Shown: piece after piece, positions 62,198 to 64,000 of the stretch
Position numbering within the stretch: position 1 is the first letter of the stretch
Layout: every line of letters starts with the position of its first letter
NCBI GenBank assembly: GCA_963778655.1
Contig: CAVZVA010000009.1
Span: forward strand, 672,001 to 736,000
DNA length: 64,000 nt
Direction: 5' to 3'
From: an uncultured delta proteobacterium
Lineage (GTDB): Bacteria; Myxococcota_A; Polyangia; Polyangiales; JAFGIB01
Program-made: the position numbers and the translations under genes
Notes under the pieces: model-generated
What the model was told of the DNA's origin: nothing
Seen by the model: the letters and a program-made list of their open reading frames with translations, nothing else
The model's database searches: none

Positions 62198-62406
62198 TGG
62201 CAGCCGCATCCCCCGCCGGCGGGCTCGCCGTCGCCGCCGGCCGCCGCCTCGCGCGTCGAGTAGAGCTTGGCCTTGCGGTGCGCGTCGAGCGAGTCGGACT
62301 CGAATTGCATGATCGGGTCGGCCAGCTTGCCGCGCCGGTTCTGCGGCACGGTCGCGCAGGCGGCGGCGAGCCACGCGAGCGCAAGCGCCAGCAAGAGCCG
62401 CGTCAT
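62194..62406 (-). CDS. DUF4266-like small lipoprotein
   Basis: Lipobox LAAAC; RGKLADPIM, REAAAGG..GGGCGC C-terminus. Confidence 0.85.
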   Translation of the reverse strand: MTRLLLALALAWLAAACATVPQNRRGKLADPIMQFESDSLDAHRKAKLYSTREAAAGGDGEPAGGGCGCQ

Positions 62407-62918
62407 AGCGACCCCGTCATGCCCAGGCCGAGCTGGCCGCGGCCCAGCCAGGGCTGCAGCGCGATGCTGCGCGGAGCCGCGCGCTCGACCGCGGCGAGGC
62501 TGTCGATCAGGCCCACGCCCGCAGCGAGCAGCTGTAGGCCGTAGCACACCGCCAGCAGGCGCCGCCGCCGCAGGCTGCCCTCGATCAGCACGTCCGGGCT
62601 GGTCTCGATCAGCCAGGTGGTGCCGAGCGCGATCGCCGTGGTCACGCCGCCGAACAGCGCCGCTCGGCTCCATTCCAGCGCGACCGCGTGCGACACCACC
62701 GGCGCGAGCGCGAGCCCGCCGAGCACGGTGTAGGCGCCGGCTTTACGGCCAGGCGTGCGCTCGTTGCCCACCAGCAGCAGCCCGCCGACCGCGAGCGAAA
62801 CCAGCGCGGTGCCCACGCCTGCGCTCACGGACGCGACCACCGGCGGCCGGCGCGCGTCCTGCTGCGCGGCCGCGCGGGCCGCTCCGAGCAGAACGGCGAG
62901 AACCGCGAGCACGCGCAT
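62403..62918 (-). CDS. Hypothetical multi-pass membrane protein
   Basis: Signal plus hydrophobic segments; overlaps the DUF4266 start by 4 nt; TATACT 7 nt upstream. Confidence 0.68.
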   Translation of the reverse strand: MRVLAVLAVLLGAARAAAQQDARRPPVVASVSAGVGTALVSLAVGGLLLVGNERTPGRKAGAYTVLGGLALAPVVSHAVALEWSRAALFGGVTTAIALGTTWLIETSPDVLIEGSLRRRRLLAVCYGLQLLAAGVGLIDSLAAVERAAPRSIALQPWLGRGQLGLGMTGSL

Positions 62919-62958
62919 GCCGGCGAGTATAGTCGCGGGCGCGCGGCCTGCCAGTACC

Positions 62959-64000
62959 TCAGCCCGCGGCGAAGTGCTCCCGCAGCGCCGACGCGAGCCG
63001 CTGGTATTGTGCTTCGTGGTTGTAGAGCTGAGCCGAAATGCGCAGCAGGCGCGCGGGCGGCGCGGGCCAGGGCTGCAGCGGCACCTCGATACGGTGGCGC
63101 TCCAGCAGCGTGTCCTGCAACGGGTCGAGCGCGAAGGCCGGCCTTTGGGCGGCCGCCGGCGCGGGCGGCGCCAGCGGCAGCGGCACCGCGGCCATCGAGC
63201 CGAGCAGCGCGTCGGGGCAGGGCGCTGCGGCGCCGAGCGCGTCGCACAGCCGCGCGCGCCCGGCCACGGCCAGCGCGTGGTTGCGCGCGTACACGGCCGC
63301 AAGCCCGCTCGGCAGTCGCGCGGCCAGGAAGCGGATCGCGGCCGGCATGCACAGCGCGGGCGTGGGATCGAGGGTGCCGGTCCAGTCGTGCTCGAGCAGG
63401 AAGAGCGAGCGGTCGCGGCGCGTGCTGCCCGCGCCGTGGCTGATCGCGAGCGGGCGGATCTGAGCCTGCCGGTCCCTGCGCACGTGCAGAAAGCCGACCG
63501 CTTTGGGCGCGCACAGCCATTTGTGGCAGTTGCCGGTGTAGTACGCGGCGCCGATGCGACGCAGCGACAACGGGAGCATGCCCGGCGCGTGCGCGCCGTC
63601 GACCAGAGTATCGATCCCGCGTTCGGAGAGCTCTGCCACCAGCCGTTCGATCGGGAACACCAGCGCGGTCGGGCTGGTGACGTGGTCCAGCATCGCCAGT
63701 CGCGTGCGCGGGCCGACCCGCGCCAGCACTGCGTCGATCAGCGCCTGCTCCGAACGCACAGGAAACGGAACCGCGGCCACCACCAGCCGCGCGCCCGCGC
63801 GCTGCGCGACGAAGCCCAGCGCGTTGTGGCAGGCGCGGTAGGCGTGATCGGTGGTCAGCAGCTCGTCGCCGGGCTGCAGCGCCAGCGAGCGCAGCACGCC
63901 GTTGACGCCGGTGGTGGCATTGGCGACGAACGCGAGGTCGTCCGGGTCCGCGTCGACCAGCTCGGCCAGCTCGGCGCGGGCCGCGTCGAGCAGCGCCGGC
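62959..64000 (-). CDS. Class V PLP aminotransferase, isopenicillin-N-epimerase/C-S-lyase-like (5'-truncated by window edge)
   Basis: FVANATTGVN, DHVTSPT, LVDGAHAPG, YTGNCHKWLCAPK, WTGT.D, LRISAQLYN. Confidence 0.9.
   Translation of the reverse strand, partial: PALLDAARAELAELVDADPDDLAFVANATTGVNGVLRSLALQPGDELLTTDHAYRACHNALGFVAQRAGARLVVAAVPFPVRSEQALIDAVLARVGPRTRLAMLDHVTSPTALVFPIERLVAELSERGIDTLVDGAHAPGMLPLSLRRIGAAYYTGNCHKWLCAPKAVGFLHVRRDRQAQIRPLAISHGAGSTRRDRSLFLLEHDWTGTLDPTPALCMPAAIRFLAARLPSGLAAVYARNHALAVAGRARLCDALGAAAPCPDALLGSMAAVPLPLAPPAPAAAQRPAFALDPLQDTLLERHRIEVPLQPWPAPPARLLRISAQLYNHEAQYQRLASALREHFAAG

Noticed and set aside
62959..64000. Beta-lactam or ergothioneine cluster implied by the epimerase-like gene
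   Set aside because: No partner biosynthetic genes in the window; the family is widespread and the upstream context is not visible.

Overview
This is a very GC-rich, gene-dense chromosomal window. The TPR/cNMP proteins, Gly- and Cys-rich lipoproteins, DUF4388-like protein and futalosine pathway suggest a myxobacterium (Myxococcota, Polyangia-like); that placement is an inference. Housekeeping genes include an RlmI/K-type methyltransferase, a SWIM-SNF2 ATPase, smpB, thrC, glk, ruvX-mltG, cysC, large-type purL and lpd-lipB. The window also holds a futalosine (mqn) menaquinone operon, a bactofilin/M23 locus, an orphan type ISP-like DNA methyltransferase and a DUF4266-DUF3570-TlpA cluster. I recognised no rRNA, tRNA, CRISPR array, transposase or integrase. 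The most notable observations are: (1) a 179-aa 'mini-MqnE' that keeps both ends of the adjacent MqnE but lacks its radical-SAM core, in an operon that also has an MqnA-MqnC fusion; (2) an uncalled 53-aa membrane peptide between bactofilin and the M23 peptidase that repeats the peptidase's N-terminal motif; (3) recurrent leaderless-type promoters; (4) two or three dispersed intergenic repeat families. All family assignments come from motif recognition by eye, not from database searches.
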